NCBI RefSeq assembly: GCF_964355755.1
Contig: NC_092670.1
Coordinates: 31,236,388 to 31,300,387 of the forward strand
Direction: 5' to 3'
From: Antedon mediterranea
Taxonomy: Eukaryota > Animalia > Echinodermata
DNA: 64,000 nt
Part shown: piece by piece, positions 40,866 through 56,303 of the stretch
How positions within the stretch are numbered: position 1 is the first letter of the stretch
How the letters are laid out: each line of letters starts with the position of its first letter
Translations under genes and position numbers: made by a program
Notes under the pieces: model-generated
The model's input: only the letters and a program-made list of their open reading frames with translations
Database searches by the model: none
What the model was told of the DNA's origin: nothing

Positions 40866-42059
40866 TCTAGATTTTAAAAAAAACCAAATGGAATCTATAA
40901 TACATACGATACATTGAACAAGCTTGATTCCGAGTAGGACGCAACGCAGGGACATTTGACCAATCACAAGCGATGGATTATTCGAATGGTCACTGGGCAT
41001 TGGTCAATTCGCTTGTTGCGTAGTGGGTTTACGTACTTGCGTGCGTCCTGTGGGGAAGCAAACTTAAGGCTGGCATAATAAGCATAAACAAACATCAGTT
41101 AGGCCTATGTCGGAATAGGCTTAGGCCTACTCTACACCATTGCCTCTTATAGACCTGTAAATGGCTAATAGATTACGCTGGTAGACTGTAATTGTTAGCT
41201 ATACTTGTAGCCTATGCGTATTATGCAGGCATATATGTATCCAGATGATTTATTTGCTAATTTCTGGTATATGAGGCGTATGTATACTACCCCATTCACA
41301 CTGCGTGGATACGTTATGGGAATTATGCATAAAATTAAAATGGTCAAACATTTATAATAAAAAAAACCTACCTTAACGGAAGATCCACGAAGACAAAAAT
41401 ATAAAAGCTTAATGATAGGGGCCTACTGGTACGCTGTTAACTGCTTGCGTGCGAGGAATCACTAGAATACCGAAAATGAATAACATTCACCGCGCTGAGT
41501 TGTCTCAGACCGCGGTTGTTTACAATAAGGATTTGCGATAGTTGTGATGTCATACAATACATCAATACTAATTCAAGGTCGCGGTTGTTATTGACGCTGC
41601 TTGTCATCCTGGTTGAAAACTATAAATATAAAGTAATACAAATTGAGTCAACTGTACATTCAATAATTTAAACACTAATCACTTTTAATTGTATTTAGAT
41701 AATGGGACATGAGAGAGATCTGTAGGCCTATTTGAATAAATATATCTTGACTGAACAACGCCTATGAAGATTTGACGTGGTAATCACATGTGTGGAGGGC
41801 ATTCAAAGTAAAATTCACTCACAATTAGGTTGCTACGTAATTCACCTAATTATCCGTAGGCCTACGTAAGCAAATCAAAAGAATTGACTACACACAGACG
41901 CATCGTACTTGGTGCGGTTGTTGGCAATAATCCTTGTTAACAATCTAAAGAAACACTTTATCAAGAGGCACGTCAGTACAGGTACTAAGTATGTATCCTG
42001 ACCCTGTAAATGCAGGACTGTGTAAATGTCACTATGTTTAATACATTGTAGTCAGCCTA

Positions 42060-42362
42060 CTACTGTCACACTGTAATAACTACTGTAACACTCTGTAATA
42101 ACTCCTGTCGCACTCCATGATACTACTGTCACTTTCTGTCACACTGTGTAATAATCTGTCATACTCTGAAATAAATCTTGTCGCATTTTGTAATAACTGC
42201 TGTCGCACTTTGTAATAACGGTTGTACTTAGTAATAACTGCAGTCGCACTTTGTAATAACTGATGTCTCACTTTGTAATAACTGTTGTTTTTAGTAATAA
42301 CTCATGTCCCACTTTGTAATAACTGTTGTACAAGTAGTAATAACTGATGTCGTACTTTGCAA
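42060..42362 (-). repeat. Degenerate inverted copy of the attacaaagtgcgacag minisatellite
   Basis: tgtcgcactttgtaataact units. Confidence 0.8.
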
Positions 42363-42989
42363 CATTTTGAACTAGACCTACTCCTGAAGTAGTCGAAGTG
42401 CATATCCACATTTTATACACACAATAACATATAAAGATATCTGTATGGCCTACAACTACCAGGTGTAAAGAAATAAAATATCACTTACTTGAGCGTAATG
42501 TAGATATTAAAACCATATCTTTGGTGATGAACCATAATTTAGCAATTAAATTATTCCTAAAAATATACAGTAGTCGATTCGACAATTGTCAAATAAAAAA
42601 CAGGTAGATGCAAATATTTTTATTTTGGGGTAAACAAAATCGCTATAAGTACTGTCACTGTGTAAACAAATAAATTGTGAACACAATAATGTTCAAATCT
42701 TTTTTCAATGTAATGTAGGTCTATTATCTCCAAACTTTGTTGGTTATGAATAATAACCAATTAACTAAAAGCATTTTTACTTTATAAAACGTAAACAAAA
42801 AAAACTATATAGGCCTACATCAATATAAAAATAAATAGCATAAAAATATGGCAGCGGCATCATTAGTATACTACAATATGAAATATATATAAAGATATAA
42901 CATTCTATGTGATTTATTGAACTATAATATTGATTAGTATGAGTCTTACAGTACTCGCGTAATTTGGCTTGTATATGCGGGTGGTAAGG

Positions 42990-45900
42990 CTTGTATATGC
43001 GCAACTTCAGTACTTGTTACTGTATGTACTTGTTGTGGCATTACCATCTGCTGTAAGCCCACTTGTCCATAATCGCCTCTATACTTGCAACTCATCTTCT
43101 ACCTCCAAGCGGTGCAAGCTGGATAACTTGAGTCCGTTTTGTGGCTCAAGAAACTGACGAAGCGCTGTGTTTGGGAGGAAAACCCTAAGAAAAACCTGCT
43201 GAAACTACGCCCTGCCAGCGCGTCAGTATATGGCAGAAAACCCTCAAGTATAAAAAGGGAAGACAAGGAAAAGAGAGGTCGTAAAAAGGGCGCAGTAATC
43301 AAGGATCTGGTGAATGCAAGTTGCCCAGTCGTGATGTAAGATTTATCAAATCTTTATATGGCGTTTCACAGTCAAATAAAGCCGAATGGAAGCTGTGCGA
43401 CTGATGAACATCACATTAAGAGTGGACAATCACAAATCAACATAATATGTACGTACAATACCAGAACTTTAAGAACAGAAGAATCTTTAGAATCGCTAAT
43501 GGATGAACTAAGAAACTTCAAATGGGATGTGATAGGACTTTGTGAAACCAAACGAGAAGGAGAGGGGATCAAAGAATTAAAAGGAGGAGCTTGGTTATAC
43601 AATTCAATCATGGGAAAACCAAAGACAACACTGAAGCTAAGGGGATTGGGTTTCTAATTCACCCAAAATTCAAAGAATTTGTAAAAGGAATCAAGCACTA
43701 CTCAAATAGAGTAGTAACTCTTAACATACAGCTTTCAGAAAAGAAAATGTATGCATAATTCAAGGTTATGCACCAACTAGTGATGAAGTAGTTGAAGAAG
43801 TGTATGAAGAAATAAACAAGGCGAAAGGAGAAAGCAAAGCGGATTACACCATAGTATTGGGAAACTTCAACGCCAAGGTAGGAGAACGTCAACAAGGAGA
43901 AGAACCTATAATGGGCACATTTGGAGTAGGAGAACGGAACTGGAGAGGAGACATGTTACTTGAATTTGCTGCACAGCATAACTTGATACACACTATTTAA
44001 GAAAAATAAGAATAGATATTGGACCTGGGAGAGCCCAAATGGAAGAATAAGGAATCAAATAGACTTTATTCTAACCAGCCAACGGGGAATTGTAGAGGAC
44101 TGCAGTGTAATAACAAATGTTGACATTGGTAGCGACCACAGGATGGTCAGAGCCAAAATACACCTGGAAAGGAAGCTTAAAAGACTAAAGATCATCAAAA
44201 ACTAAAAGAAACCAAAACTGAACATATTGAAACTGAAAAACAGAAAGGAGGAGTTCCAGTTGGAACTTAAAAATCGATTTGCAAGTATAGACATTGAAGA
44301 TGCAGATATAGACACCAAATTTGGTCTGAAATCTTCAACATTGATTGAGGCAGCTGAAGGAATAGCACCTTTGAACAGAGAGACAAATCTGACATCTGAG
44401 GAGGACAGACTGATTGTTGAGGAGCTTGATAAAAAACGAAAAGAACTTAGAGAAATTGAAAACAAATCAACATCACAACAAATATAATATACAGAGTTAG
44501 TAGAAACAGTGAGAAAGATGAGAAGAACTCTAAGCAGGAAAAGGAGGAGAGAGCAAATTGAAACCATCCTGGAAAGTGGAAAAGGACTAAAACATATCAC
44601 AAAACTGAACAGTAAGAAAACTAGAATTAACCAAATGAGGAAGAAAGATGGTAACTTAACCACAGATAGAAAGGAAATCCTAAACATAATAATGCGCAGA
44701 CTTTTATCAAGATCTGTACAACTCAACCAAGACAGAAACCACAATGGAGATCAAGAATAAATCTGTAGATGAAACAGAACTTCCAAAAATAACAGCTAGG
44801 GAAGTGGCAATGGCCATCAAACAGATGAAAGATAATAAAGCACCAGGCTAAGATGACTTAGCCAGCAATATATTTAAGATAGGAGGGGATGAGATAAGCA
44901 TAAACCTTGTCAAATGTACAATCATATCCTGAGAGAAAAGAAAATACCAATGAAATGGAAAGAGGCAAAAATCATAATATTACACAAGAAGGCAGACAAA
45001 GCCGATATCAAGAAACTATAGACCAATCAGTCTTTTATCACATGCATACAAGATATTCACAAGGATAATTCAAAACAGACTAAAACAAATCCTCGATGAA
45101 AACCAACCAAGAGAGCAGGCTGGATTCAGGCAGGGATTCTCAACAACAGACCATCTACATTCTCTAAACCAACTAATAGAGAAGTCAAATGAATACCAAC
45201 TGCATCTATGCGTAGGCTTCATAGACTACAGTACGAGAAGGCATTCGACTCAGTAGAACATGCTGATCTGTTTAGAGCCCGGAGGAAAACTGGAGTAAAT
45301 GAAGGCTATGTTCAGATAATTGAAGACATTTATAAAGATGCCACTGCAACAATACACCTTGAAAAAGATGTATCTAAACCCATCCACATAAACAGAGGTG
45401 TCAGACAAGGGGACACAATATCACCAAAAATATTCACCACAGCCACAGAGGAAGAAATTTTCAAACATTTGAACCTGGAAAGACATGGCGTCAACATTGA
45501 TGGAGAGAGTTTAACTGACCTTAGATTTGCAGATGACGTTGCTTTGACAACCGAAAAAGTCAAGGACATGGAGGAACAGTTAAATGATCTGAACAAAGAG
45601 AGCAAGAAGATTGGTTTGAAAATACACAAAGGATAAACTTCCATAACGACGAGTCCATAGAAATTGAAAATGATAGGATCGAACAAGTTGATAGCTGCAA
45701 GTACCTGGGCCAAACAGTGAAAATGGCTAACAACACAAGAGACGAAATTATCATCAGAATTAAGGCGGGATGGAGCTGCTTTGACAGATATAGAGAAATC
45801 ATTTGCGACAAGAAAATCCCAATAGTTCACAGGAGAAGAGTTTTCAACCAGTGTGTGCTCCCTACAATGAATTATGGTTGTGAAACTTGGACAACAACAT

Positions 45901-46270
45901 TTTTGGAACAAAAACTAACCACTGCACAAAGAGCTATGGAAAGGCAGATGCTTGGAGTGACAATTAGGGACAAATTCAGAAACACAGTAATAAGGAAATT
46001 GACTAAAGTCAAAGATATAATGACCAAAATAAAAGAAGCAAAATGGCGCCTTGCAAGAAGGGATGACAACAGGTGGACAAAACGTATGACAGACTGGCAA
46101 CCAAGAACCGGCACAAGAAAAAGAGGAAGGCAGAAACGGCGATGGAGGGACGACATTACAAAGTATGCAGGCACCACGTGGATGAGGATAGCACAGAACA
46201 GATGGGATTGGCAGAAGCATGAGGAGGGCTACATCTGACAGGGGATGATACAGCTAAACTGAACTGAAAC
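42990..46270 (+). mobile_element. Near full-length RTE (BovB-like) LINE, degenerate
   Basis: Endonuclease TYNTRTL, WDVIGLCETKR, GNFNAKVG, SDHRMV. RT YEKAFDSV, RGVRQGDTISP, LRFADD. C-terminal GRQKRRWRDD and a (ctgaa)n tail. Confidence 0.93.
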
Positions 46271-46548
46271 AACATAACTTTATGAGGAACTTTTCCGAGA
46301 GCCACCGGCGTTGATTGATTGCACGAATACGGTAATCATAATTGTACTATTGAGGCTGGCTATATGTTACACATTTTTCTCAGGCCTACTCTACTAAACT
46401 ACAATATTGAATATACCAAAACACAGAAAAAGCTATTCTTTAAAAATGTTGTCTTGATCCCATCCTTTGCTGGATATATTTTATCTATTATTATTTACAA
46501 TGTAGTTTAAACAGTAAAACACATTTGATGATTCAAGCTGTCTCGTGT

Positions 46549-48568
46549 TCATGCTTTGGTAAATACAATATGAGGCTGATCAATAGGAACCTATAAAAAA
46601 CGAAAAGAAAAATAATAATAGATAGTAGGGAAAGTTTGAGGGAATGCCGAATCATAAAAACTAATGCGAGGCACTTTTCGATTTAAGATACTTCCGTCAG
46701 AAGGTCTATTGGGCAGATACAACCGTTAAGCTTGGACGTACATAACGTAACGATTTAGGCGTAACACACGTAAGTTGACCAATCAGAAGGGACGTTTCGG
46801 ATAATCCACGTGTCGTGATTGGTCAAATTAATTGCAGTGCGCTTACGTCCTTGCGCTGCATCCCAATAGTGGAAAACAAACCCTAAACCCACTCTCCATT
46901 ACAGTACATCTCTCTTACCCTCCATGTCCAACGTTGTATTTTTTAGGTTCTTTTAGATTTATTAGGGGGTTGTTGAATGTGCATCATTTACCATATTATC
47001 ACCACAGCAAGCACATGGAGCAGACCTGATAAGAAGCAGAATCGACAACACAATACCAATGATTCCAAGTAACGACGGGGTCAACCCGCCGGTGATATAC
47101 GTATCAGAAGTAGTCTGTAAAAATGATAACGTTAAAGCATGTTAGTGAAAAATAATGCATACCTTGTGCATATTGGATATGACGATATTTTAAAACAATG
47201 CTAAGCCTATACTTATTTTTTCCGACAAATTTCACTTAAAATAATAATTGTGTGATTTTTATCAAAACTTCTCAACTTAAAAAAGAAATGCCATATCAGT
47301 GTTTTATCGTATTATTTGCAAATTGGTTATTTTTATTTCAAAATGGGAGAAATATACCAGAAAGGTGGTTTATACTTACACATCCTTCTCCACACTCTGA
47401 TATGTTAGCAATGTTAAGCGCCCAGTAAAAACCGAATGCAATTATCCAAAATGGCAACAGAATAATAGTCACAATTGAAAACACGAAAGCAGTTATTTTC
47501 TAAAAAGAACAACATAAAAATATACAAAAATATCATATTGGTGGGAATTAATGCTGTACCAGCGTCCCCAATGAATTTGGTCTATTTATAAACACAAAGT
47601 AGGCATAGAACAACAATAATATCCATGTCAGTGACAGTAAAATTCAAACCACTGTGAAACTTTTACCATTCCTATTACTTTTATCATTTTATTTATTTAT
47701 TGTTGTTAATTCTTTGTGAATAATAGGTAACAATTTTCATTGAATAAACTATTCCACATATAGGCGAATATTATGGTAAATTTGCACTGTTGTTTTATAT
47801 ATTATTTGCTCACGACAGTTTAATATCGGTGAACTATAAAAACTAATAATCGTATTTGTTTTTACTTACCCGACATCCATTTTGTCGATTAAAAGTAAAC
47901 ATCAGGCCAAAGACGCCCTCTAAAACAACCTGAAAATGTACCGTATAGATATAATAATATAAATATAATAAAATGTGTGATCGGTACCCCGTGTAATTAA
48001 CTCCGAAATAAATGTTACCGCGCATATTCGAAAGCAGAACACATTTTGGTTTTTTTAAGAACACAAATAGTGCTTATCAAAAAGTATTAAAACTATAATT
48101 TCACAAATGATCTGTGCTAAGCAATAACGTGTTTATTAATCATTAGTCACGACAACGTCGGTTATGATGACACACAACAAGGTGATACAATAACATGATA
48201 TTAGGCCAAAAAATAATACAAATTAAACTGCTGCGGAGTCTCAGAACCATATTGTATTCGTAACGCTAGCTGAAAATGAGGGCCATTGGTCATTGGAAAT
48301 ATAGGCCTAGGCCTTATAAATCTCTGACGTGATTATCATTTTTTCAAGCTTTAGGCAGTGCGACGTAGTGGAATCACCCGACACGGTTTCTCTTCCTTCT
48401 CTCCTTTCCTCTCTCCCACTCTCCTTTCCACGTCTCTTTCCCTCTTAATTCCCGTTTGTCATCCAACATAGTAATACTTGAAAGAGCAATGATTGCTGCG
48501 CCAAGTAGCATCAAGAGTAATGAACTTACCTTGACGACTGTCAAGAAGCAATTATTTCCCCCACACAT
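46549..48568 (-). pseudogene. Four-TM gene copy 2; first coding exon truncated
   Basis: Exon homologs of copy 1 are present. Exon 1 runs into unrelated purine-rich sequence after TMLDD (~48455). Confidence 0.7.
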
Positions 48569-48819
48569 TCTAGAAAAAAAACCAATGGAAGCTATAATAT
48601 ACAACGATACATTGAATAAACTTGATTTGACCAGTCACAAGCGATGGCTTATTGGAAGGACTTTTTGCATTGGTCAACTCGCTTATGCAGTGGCTCTACG
48701 TCCTTGCGTGCGTCTTGTGGAAATCAAACTTAAGGTTGGCATAATAATTTAGTATAAACAAACATCAGTTAGGCCTATGTCGGAATAGGCTTACTCTACA
48801 CCATCGCCTCTTTAGGCCA

Positions 48820-51800
48820 AGATGGTTCTCGAATACATGATATAATTTTAGCATAAAAAAAAACTGGCGATTTCAAAATGTACGTACCGCAGGACAATTA
48901 TACAGGAACAATAAATAGACACATTGATTTATGTAGTCAACTAAAATTAGCACCCTGGGAATTACCTCCGAAAGAGAAAGTCACAAAATGAGTCCAAATG
49001 TTTGAATCAAATTTAAGTTAGGGTTGTGGGATGACGAAAAGGATGGGTGCAAAGAGGAACAATTTTTTAATGCAGTAACGAAATATTAATTGTTTTCATG
49101 TTTTACAAATAGTATACCACTGAACACAGTAAAACATTGCGATTTAATACTTTGTTGAAACTGTGGAATTGCTTCCGAAAGAGAAACTTGTCACAAAATC
49201 AGTCCAAATGTTTGAGTCAAATTTATACAAATAGTCGATTGAAATAGTAAAGTACAGGTAACGATACACCACTACGACATATATATTTTTTAAATTATTA
49301 AATAATACAAACGTTGAGAAGCAAGTTTATTTTTATATATGTTATATAATGTACAACACTTTGTGAAAAACACCTCGATTCAGAGCAAATCATTTTAATC
49401 AGCAATAAAATAATTATCAAACTCAAATTAATTAGTAGACCTACTGGTTTTCAATTGTTTATTAAAGCCAATTTATACTTAAGTTGGTTCCTACCCACCA
49501 AAGTTGTTCTGCGTTAGGGCATGTGATCCTTCGTACTGTATATGCCTATTCTAATTTGTTTAGTATCTTAGAGCCAGTTCATATGGTAATTTATTTACAC
49601 GGGTAAGTTGGTTCCTACCCATCAAAGTTTGCGGTAGCCTAACTGTGCTCAAGAAAGCAACTAACATAGCAGGGTTGCTAACTTCCATTTTTTATGAAGA
49701 TTGTGCATTTTGTGACAAAAGCACCAAATTTGGCACAAACCTTTCTTAGGGTATATCTAACAATACTAGAAGGGGTGCCCAAAAATCGGAACAATTTAAC
49801 GACGTCATTTGGACCACGCCTTTTTTTTAGTATTACGTAATTAGGTGAAAACTTAAATCTTCGTATATACATACCAAGTTTGGTATCAAATTAAAACTCA
49901 TGACATGTAAATTGCAATACACACATAAAAAACATATGATTTCTCTTCAAACGGAATATATAGGTCAAATAATGTCATTTTCTGTCATATTGAAAGGGAT
50001 TTCAATCAAAACGCGCCAATATTGGGCTATGTTATGAACATTGTAGTTATAAGAACAACAACATTCATTTTTGTAATAGAACTACTAATATATATTTATC
50101 CTGTATCAGTTACTTTCCTTTAACATAATATTAGGAACCACTGAAAAAAAGTATATAAAACATATACTGTATCAAACTTGGCTCAATAATCACTGGACTA
50201 AGTAAACAGACAAAAGACCATTGACTGACAATTATGGCGTTAGCATCCATAGCAATACATGGAGGTGATTATCAACTTTACTTTTATGAAATTATTTATC
50301 TGAAAACAAACACTTATAATGGTACAGAGTTGCTAGATGACGAACAGGTTCCACGGCATGGATAACAAAGACCAGTGCAAGAAAGACCTGCTGAACGGCA
50401 CTTGCAGTTCCCTGAGCAATGCAGGCAACCCATTCCTCGATAATTGTTCAGAACTTCTGGTCTTGGATGCTCGAGATTGTGCCAATGAAAGTGCAGTAGT
50501 GACAGTTCGTACAATTCAGGATGTAGGTACTACCCAGTACCAAAAATATTTCAAGGAAGTTATTCTCGACAGAAGTGTTGCAATTATTCAACAAGCCATC
50601 AAACACCATGGTCAAAATCAGTGTCCAAAACAAAGCAACAAGTTAAGAGTTTAAAAAGTGACTGCAGCCTATTCAGTCGACTGTATATTGCAAGTCAATC
50701 TCGTGATGGAGATTTGGAAGACTTCTTCATGCACGAAAACCAGCCATGGCCACCCTCTTTGGCAGTAAATGGAAAGCTTCGACTACCAACTAAGAAGTCT
50801 GAGTTGCTACAGCATTTGGAGACTGAAGGCCAGCCTGAACCTTCTACATATTTTGATGTAAAGGTGTTTGACGGAGCTGCTATTGTCCATGCTCTTTCCA
50901 GCAACCATGCATTTACATTTGATGACTACGGTGATAAGGTGAGTACATTTCTTTGCATTCAGGATTGTATCTATTGTTTAACCACCACATAATTGGTCAC
51001 TTCTATATGCGGATCGTTATTCTTGTATCATTTGTATGACAGGTCTTTCTACCGTGGACCAGACAGCAGCTGCAGAATATTAACAGAATTGATATAGTGT
51101 GGGACACTTACAGAACAGATAGTCTTAAGCAGTCTACAGGAGAAAAAAGAGGAAAAGGGGTCAGGAGGAAAGTTGGGGGACAAACAAAGATTCCAGGGAT
51201 TTTTCCAGACTTTCTGAAAGATCCAGTAAATAAAGAGGAGTTATTTAACTTTTTAACTACAAAGGTGTCTACCCATGATTACTCTGACTGCATCAGGTAA
51301 GTTTTATTATGATACATACTAATTTATTTTGTTTGTAACCAAACGATTAATTTACTTATACAGTTTCATACTAATAATTAATTAAAAAGGCATATTAAAT
51401 AGTAAGTAATTCTTGATATATGTCCTGTAGGCGAGTTTTTTGTATGTTGACATCTACTCAACCTATGTCAATCTGCGACCATGAAGAGGCCGACTCCAAG
51501 ATGTGCATTCACATTGATGATGCCTTAAAGAAAGGTAGCAGGGTTATTTTGGTGCGTACAGTTGATACTGATGTCATTGTTATCCTGGTTGGTATTTTCT
51601 GCAATCTAATAGCCTGTTATCCTGGTACGTGTATCTGGGTCGCATTTGGCATGGGTAAGCACTTCCAATATTTTAATATAAATACCATCTGTCATAACCT
51701 AGGAGAGGATAAGTCAAGAGGGCTGCCAGTTTTTCATGCATTTACTGGGTCCGATACTACATCCCAGTTCTTCGGAAAAGCAAAACACTCCGCATGGGAG

Positions 51801-54136
51801 ACGTGAAACTCATTTCCAGCAGTCACAGAAGCCTTTCTTTTCATGGCACATCACCCTTTCAAATCTCTAGGAGTCAACTCATCTCAATTCCAGTTGCTAG
51901 AGGAGCTTATATGTCATCTATACGACAAGACAAGTACTTTAAGAAGTGTTACTAAGCTAAGACAAGATCTTTTTTCAAGAAAGGCACGGACAATGGACAA
52001 CATTCCTCCTACACAGGTAAGGGGAGCTTCCATATAATTGTCAATTGTCATTTAATAATTTATTATCAGGTTCATGTTTTTCTTTCATTAAAAGGTAACA
52101 CCAATCTTTAAATTGTTTATTGCAGGATGCACTTTTACAGCATTCCAACAGATCCATATACCAAGCAAGCATTTGGACCACCAGTCTACAGCCACAGCAG
52201 AATGCTCCATCACCAGAAGACTTTGGTTGGACTAAAACCGGCAGTACATGGACACCAGTCTGGACAATACTACCTGAAGCATCCAAGGCATGTAGGGAAT
52301 TGCTAAAGTGTGTTTTTTTGCTCAGCAGTGCACTGGTCTTGTTACCCATGCCGTGGAACTTGTTCGTCATCTAGCAACTCTGTACCATTATAAGTGTTTG
52401 TTTCCAGATAAATAATTTCATAAAAGTAAAGTTGATAATCACCTCCATGTATTGCTATGGATGCTAACGCCATAATTGTCAGTCAAATGGTCTTTTGTCG
52501 GTTTACTAATAGTCCAGTGGTTATTGAGCCCAAGTTTGATACAGTATATGTTTTATATACTTTTTTTCAGTGGTTCCTAATATTATTTTAAAGGAAAGTA
52601 ACTGGTACAGGATAAATATATATTCGTACTATTACAAAAATGAATGTTGTTGTTCTTATAACTACAATGTTCATAACATAGCACAATATTGGCACGTTTT
52701 GATTGAAATACCCTTCAATATGACAGAAAATTACATTATTTGACCTATATATTCCGTCTGAAAAGAAATCATATATTTTTTATTTGTGTATTGCAATGTA
52801 CATGTCATGAGTTTTAATTTGATACCAAACTTGGTATGTATATACGAAGATTTAAGTTTTCACCTAATTACGTAATACTAAAAAAAGGGCGTGGTCCAAA
52901 TGATGTCGTTAAATTGTTCCGATTTTTGGGCACCACTTCTAGGATTGTTAGATATACCCTAAAGAAGGTTTGTGTTCAGCAGGTCTTTCTTGCACTGGTC
53001 TTTGTTATCCATGCCGTGGAACCTGTTCGTCATCTACAGTAGCAACTCTACCATTATAAGTGTTTTTTTCCAGATAAATAATTTCATAAAAGTAAAGTTG
53101 ATAATCACCTCCATGTATTGCTATGGATGCTAACGCCATAATTGTCAGTCAAATGGTCTTTTGTCTGTTTACTTAGTCCAATGATTATTGAGCCAAGTTT
53201 GATACAGTATATGTTTTATATACTTTTTTTCAGTGGTTCCTAATATTATGTTAAAGGAAAGTAACTGATACAGGATAAATATATATTAGTAGTAGTTCTA
53301 TTACAAAAATGAATGTTGTTGTCCTTATAACTACAATGTTCATAACATAGCCCAATATTGGCGCGTTTTGATTGAAATCCCTTTCAATATGACAGAAAAT
53401 GACATTATTTGACCTATATATTCCGTCTGAAGAGAAATCATATGTTTTTTATGTGTGTATTGCAATGTAAATGTCATGAGTTTTAATTTGATACCAAACT
53501 TGGTATGTATATACGAAGATTTAAGTTTTCACCTAATTACGTAATACTAAAAAAAGGGCGTGGTCCAAATGACGTCGTTAAATTGTTCCAATTTTTGGGC
53601 ACCCCTTCTAGGATTGTTAGATATACCCTAAAGAAGGTTTGTGCCAAATTTGGTGCTTTTGTCACAAAGTGCACAAAAAAAGTGCTAAGTTACCCTGCTA
53701 ACATGGGTAAATAACTAATGCCTAAACGGGCCCTTAGAAAGTTATGTGATACAGCGGTTTTGGTAAAAGCACCTCTATTCGGGACAATCTTTTAACCTAA
53801 ATTCACTTCAATCATCAATAAATAATTATCTGACTCAACTTAATTAGTAGGCATAATGGTTTTCAATTGCTGGTACAATTTAGCACGGAAAGTATCAACC
53901 CACTTTCTAAAGCATTGAGAAAAGGGTTACGCGCAATTTACTGAAATTCGAATACGAATAAAACTCTAAATACGTCCTATAAAAACCTACGTCCTTACGT
54001 AAATGTATACATAACTGTTCGCTTGCAATTGGCTCTCGAATACAGGAACTTTGGCGTTAATAACAGGAAATCATTAAGGCCTATAAAGTAACGTACGATT
54101 TACCGAATTTTGCCCTTACGTAAACGTATATATAGA
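48820..54136 (-). mobile_element. Helitron of the same family as 16256-17653, interrupted by an Academ element
   Basis: 5' tctatatata...tacgtaagggcaaaattcggtaaa at 54136-54100. The 3' part at 48820-49330 matches 17120-17617. A further 5' end lies at ~55190-55392. Confidence 0.7.
49667..53700 (+). mobile_element. Academ-type DNA transposon (defective) with XPG/PIN-like nuclease and Cys-rich exons
   Basis: TAG...CTA termini, 3-bp TSD aca, ~700-bp TIRs. Motifs GNPF, FFMHENQPWPPSL, FDGAAIVH, HEEADS, VDTDV, FHAFTGSDTTS, IPPTQDALLQH, PEDFGW. Spliced, with stops and frameshifts. Confidence 0.88.
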
Positions 54137-54149
54137 TGAAAACAGAGCT

Positions 54150-55013
54150 AACTAGAAAGAGTGCATACCTCCGCCTACTGTAAAATTCTCCTACATAAGA
54201 TTTCTCCGGTATATTTGTCTGTGTCTTAATGCTGTTTGTGATTTAGGCTAATTTCACTACAAGCATGTGTATGCAAGTTTGGTGTAATGGTTATGTAACA
54301 AGCCTTTCAATTAACAATAGCTTCAGTTGACTAACAATAGAACAGCAAAGCGAAAATCAAACGAGTGAATTTGAAAAGAAATAGGTTTTTTAAACTACTC
54401 GCATAAAAAAAACGTGCAAATTAAATCGAATTATGTTTTAAATTTACAAATCACAAATTATACCTCTTGCCTCTTGTACAAAAATGAAGTTTTTTGGACA
54501 AGTAGTTCTCGAGAAAATGCAATTTTAGTTTACTTGTTAATTTAAGACTGCTCACCGGCTTTTGATAATTCTGTCCTATCTTTTAACACTAGCAGGTCTG
54601 AAAATAATTTTTAAAAGTGGTCCAGAATTGGGACCGTGGTCCAGATTTTAACCAAAATTAGGCAGTGTCGTCCTTGCACCAGTTGACATGTATGGTAATT
54701 TGGAGTCATTCGAATCAACATTGTGAGCGCTAGAGTGATGACAAACAAACAAACACACACATACTGACACACACACACACACACGCACACACACACAAAC
54801 CGCACCAATCAACATACTTGGCCAATTTTCAATTTGGCCAAGTAACAAACAAACACACACACAAACCAAACAGATCAACATACTTGGCCAATTTTCAATT
54901 TGGCCAAGTAACAAACACACAAACCAAACAGATCAACATACTTGGCCAATTTTCAATTTGGCCAAGTAACAAACACACGCTACCGATTACATATACCTCC
55001 TTGGCGGAGGTGA
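54150..55013. mobile_element. Helentron/DINE-like non-autonomous element with internal (CA)n and ~60-70-bp tandem repeats
   Basis: Subterminal tacctccgcc (~54166) is complementary to the terminal hairpin acctccttggcggaggt (~54995-55011). Confidence 0.6.
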
Positions 55014-56303
55014 ATACAGCCAAACACGATGTAATTTGTAGCCAAATATATCAGCTTGTCTTTAACATTATGATGCTGTACTCGAGCTGTTTAACCAATT
55101 TTCAGCTCTTAAAATAAATTATCGTAGGAGGATAGGTAAATGCGAAGCATCCTCGTATTAGTTTTGCGGGTATTTTTCGGCATCGACATCCATTAGACAG
55201 GAGTGTATACTAAAACACCACAATTTGAGGCAAGTCGTTGAACCTAAGTTCGTTTTAATTTTCAATAACTAATTATAACTCAACTTAATTAGTAAGCAGG
55301 GTTATGTTATCAATACCAAACGAGTAAAAATTATAGAATTCGATTTACTGAATTTTGCCCTTAGGTAATTAGATTTATATAGGCCTATAGATCTTGTAGC
55401 TTATGCGTATTACAAGGCATACGTATCCAGATTTATTTGCTCATTTCTGGCATATGAGGCGTAATTAGTATAGGCTTACTACCCCATTAACACAGCGTGA
55501 ATATGTTATGGGAATTATGCATACAATTAAAATGGTCAAACCTTGATAATCAAAACCAACCTTAACGGAAGATCCACAAAGACAGAAATATAAAGACTTC
55601 TAAAAAAATCTTATAAGTAACGGAATAATAGGCCTGCCTACACAAATGTAACTGCTACGCTGTTTAACGCTTGTGTGTGAAGAACCACTAGTATACCGAT
55701 GAATTAATGAATAACTTTCAACGCAGCTAAAGTTTATAACCAGGATTTGATATTGCGATGTCATACATCAATACTATTTCAAGGTCGCGGTTGTTATTGT
55801 CGCTGCTTGTATCCTGGTTGAAAACGAATTGAGCCAACTAGTGTAGTGTACTTTCAATAATTTCAACACTACTCACTAATTAATTGCATTCAGATGGAAC
55901 ATCTGAAGACATAAGAGATCTGTAGGCCTATTTGCAATATATATAATATATATATCTTGACTCAACAACGTCTATGAAGATTTGATGTGGTAATCACATT
56001 TCTGGAGGTCATTCAAAGTAAAATTCATTAAACCTTAGTAGTATAGTAGTAAACTACTATAGTCCAAATTAGGTGGCTATTTTAGTTTACCTAATTATCC
56101 TTACGCAGTCTATAAGCAATTAAAAATAAATGACTACACACATTCTCATCGTACTTGATTTATATATTTATTGGACTGAGTTTATTTAAACCTGGTGTGA
56201 TTGGCAATAATCCTTGTTAACAATCTAAAGAAATTCTTTGTTTGTTTTCTTTGTTGTGGTAACTTTTGTTCACTTTGTACTACTACTGTCACACTCTGTA
56301 ATA

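Noticed and set aside
49678-53714. Three copies of a MYIRRFKFSPNY ORF
   Set aside because: They are incidental ORFs inside Academ TIR copies.
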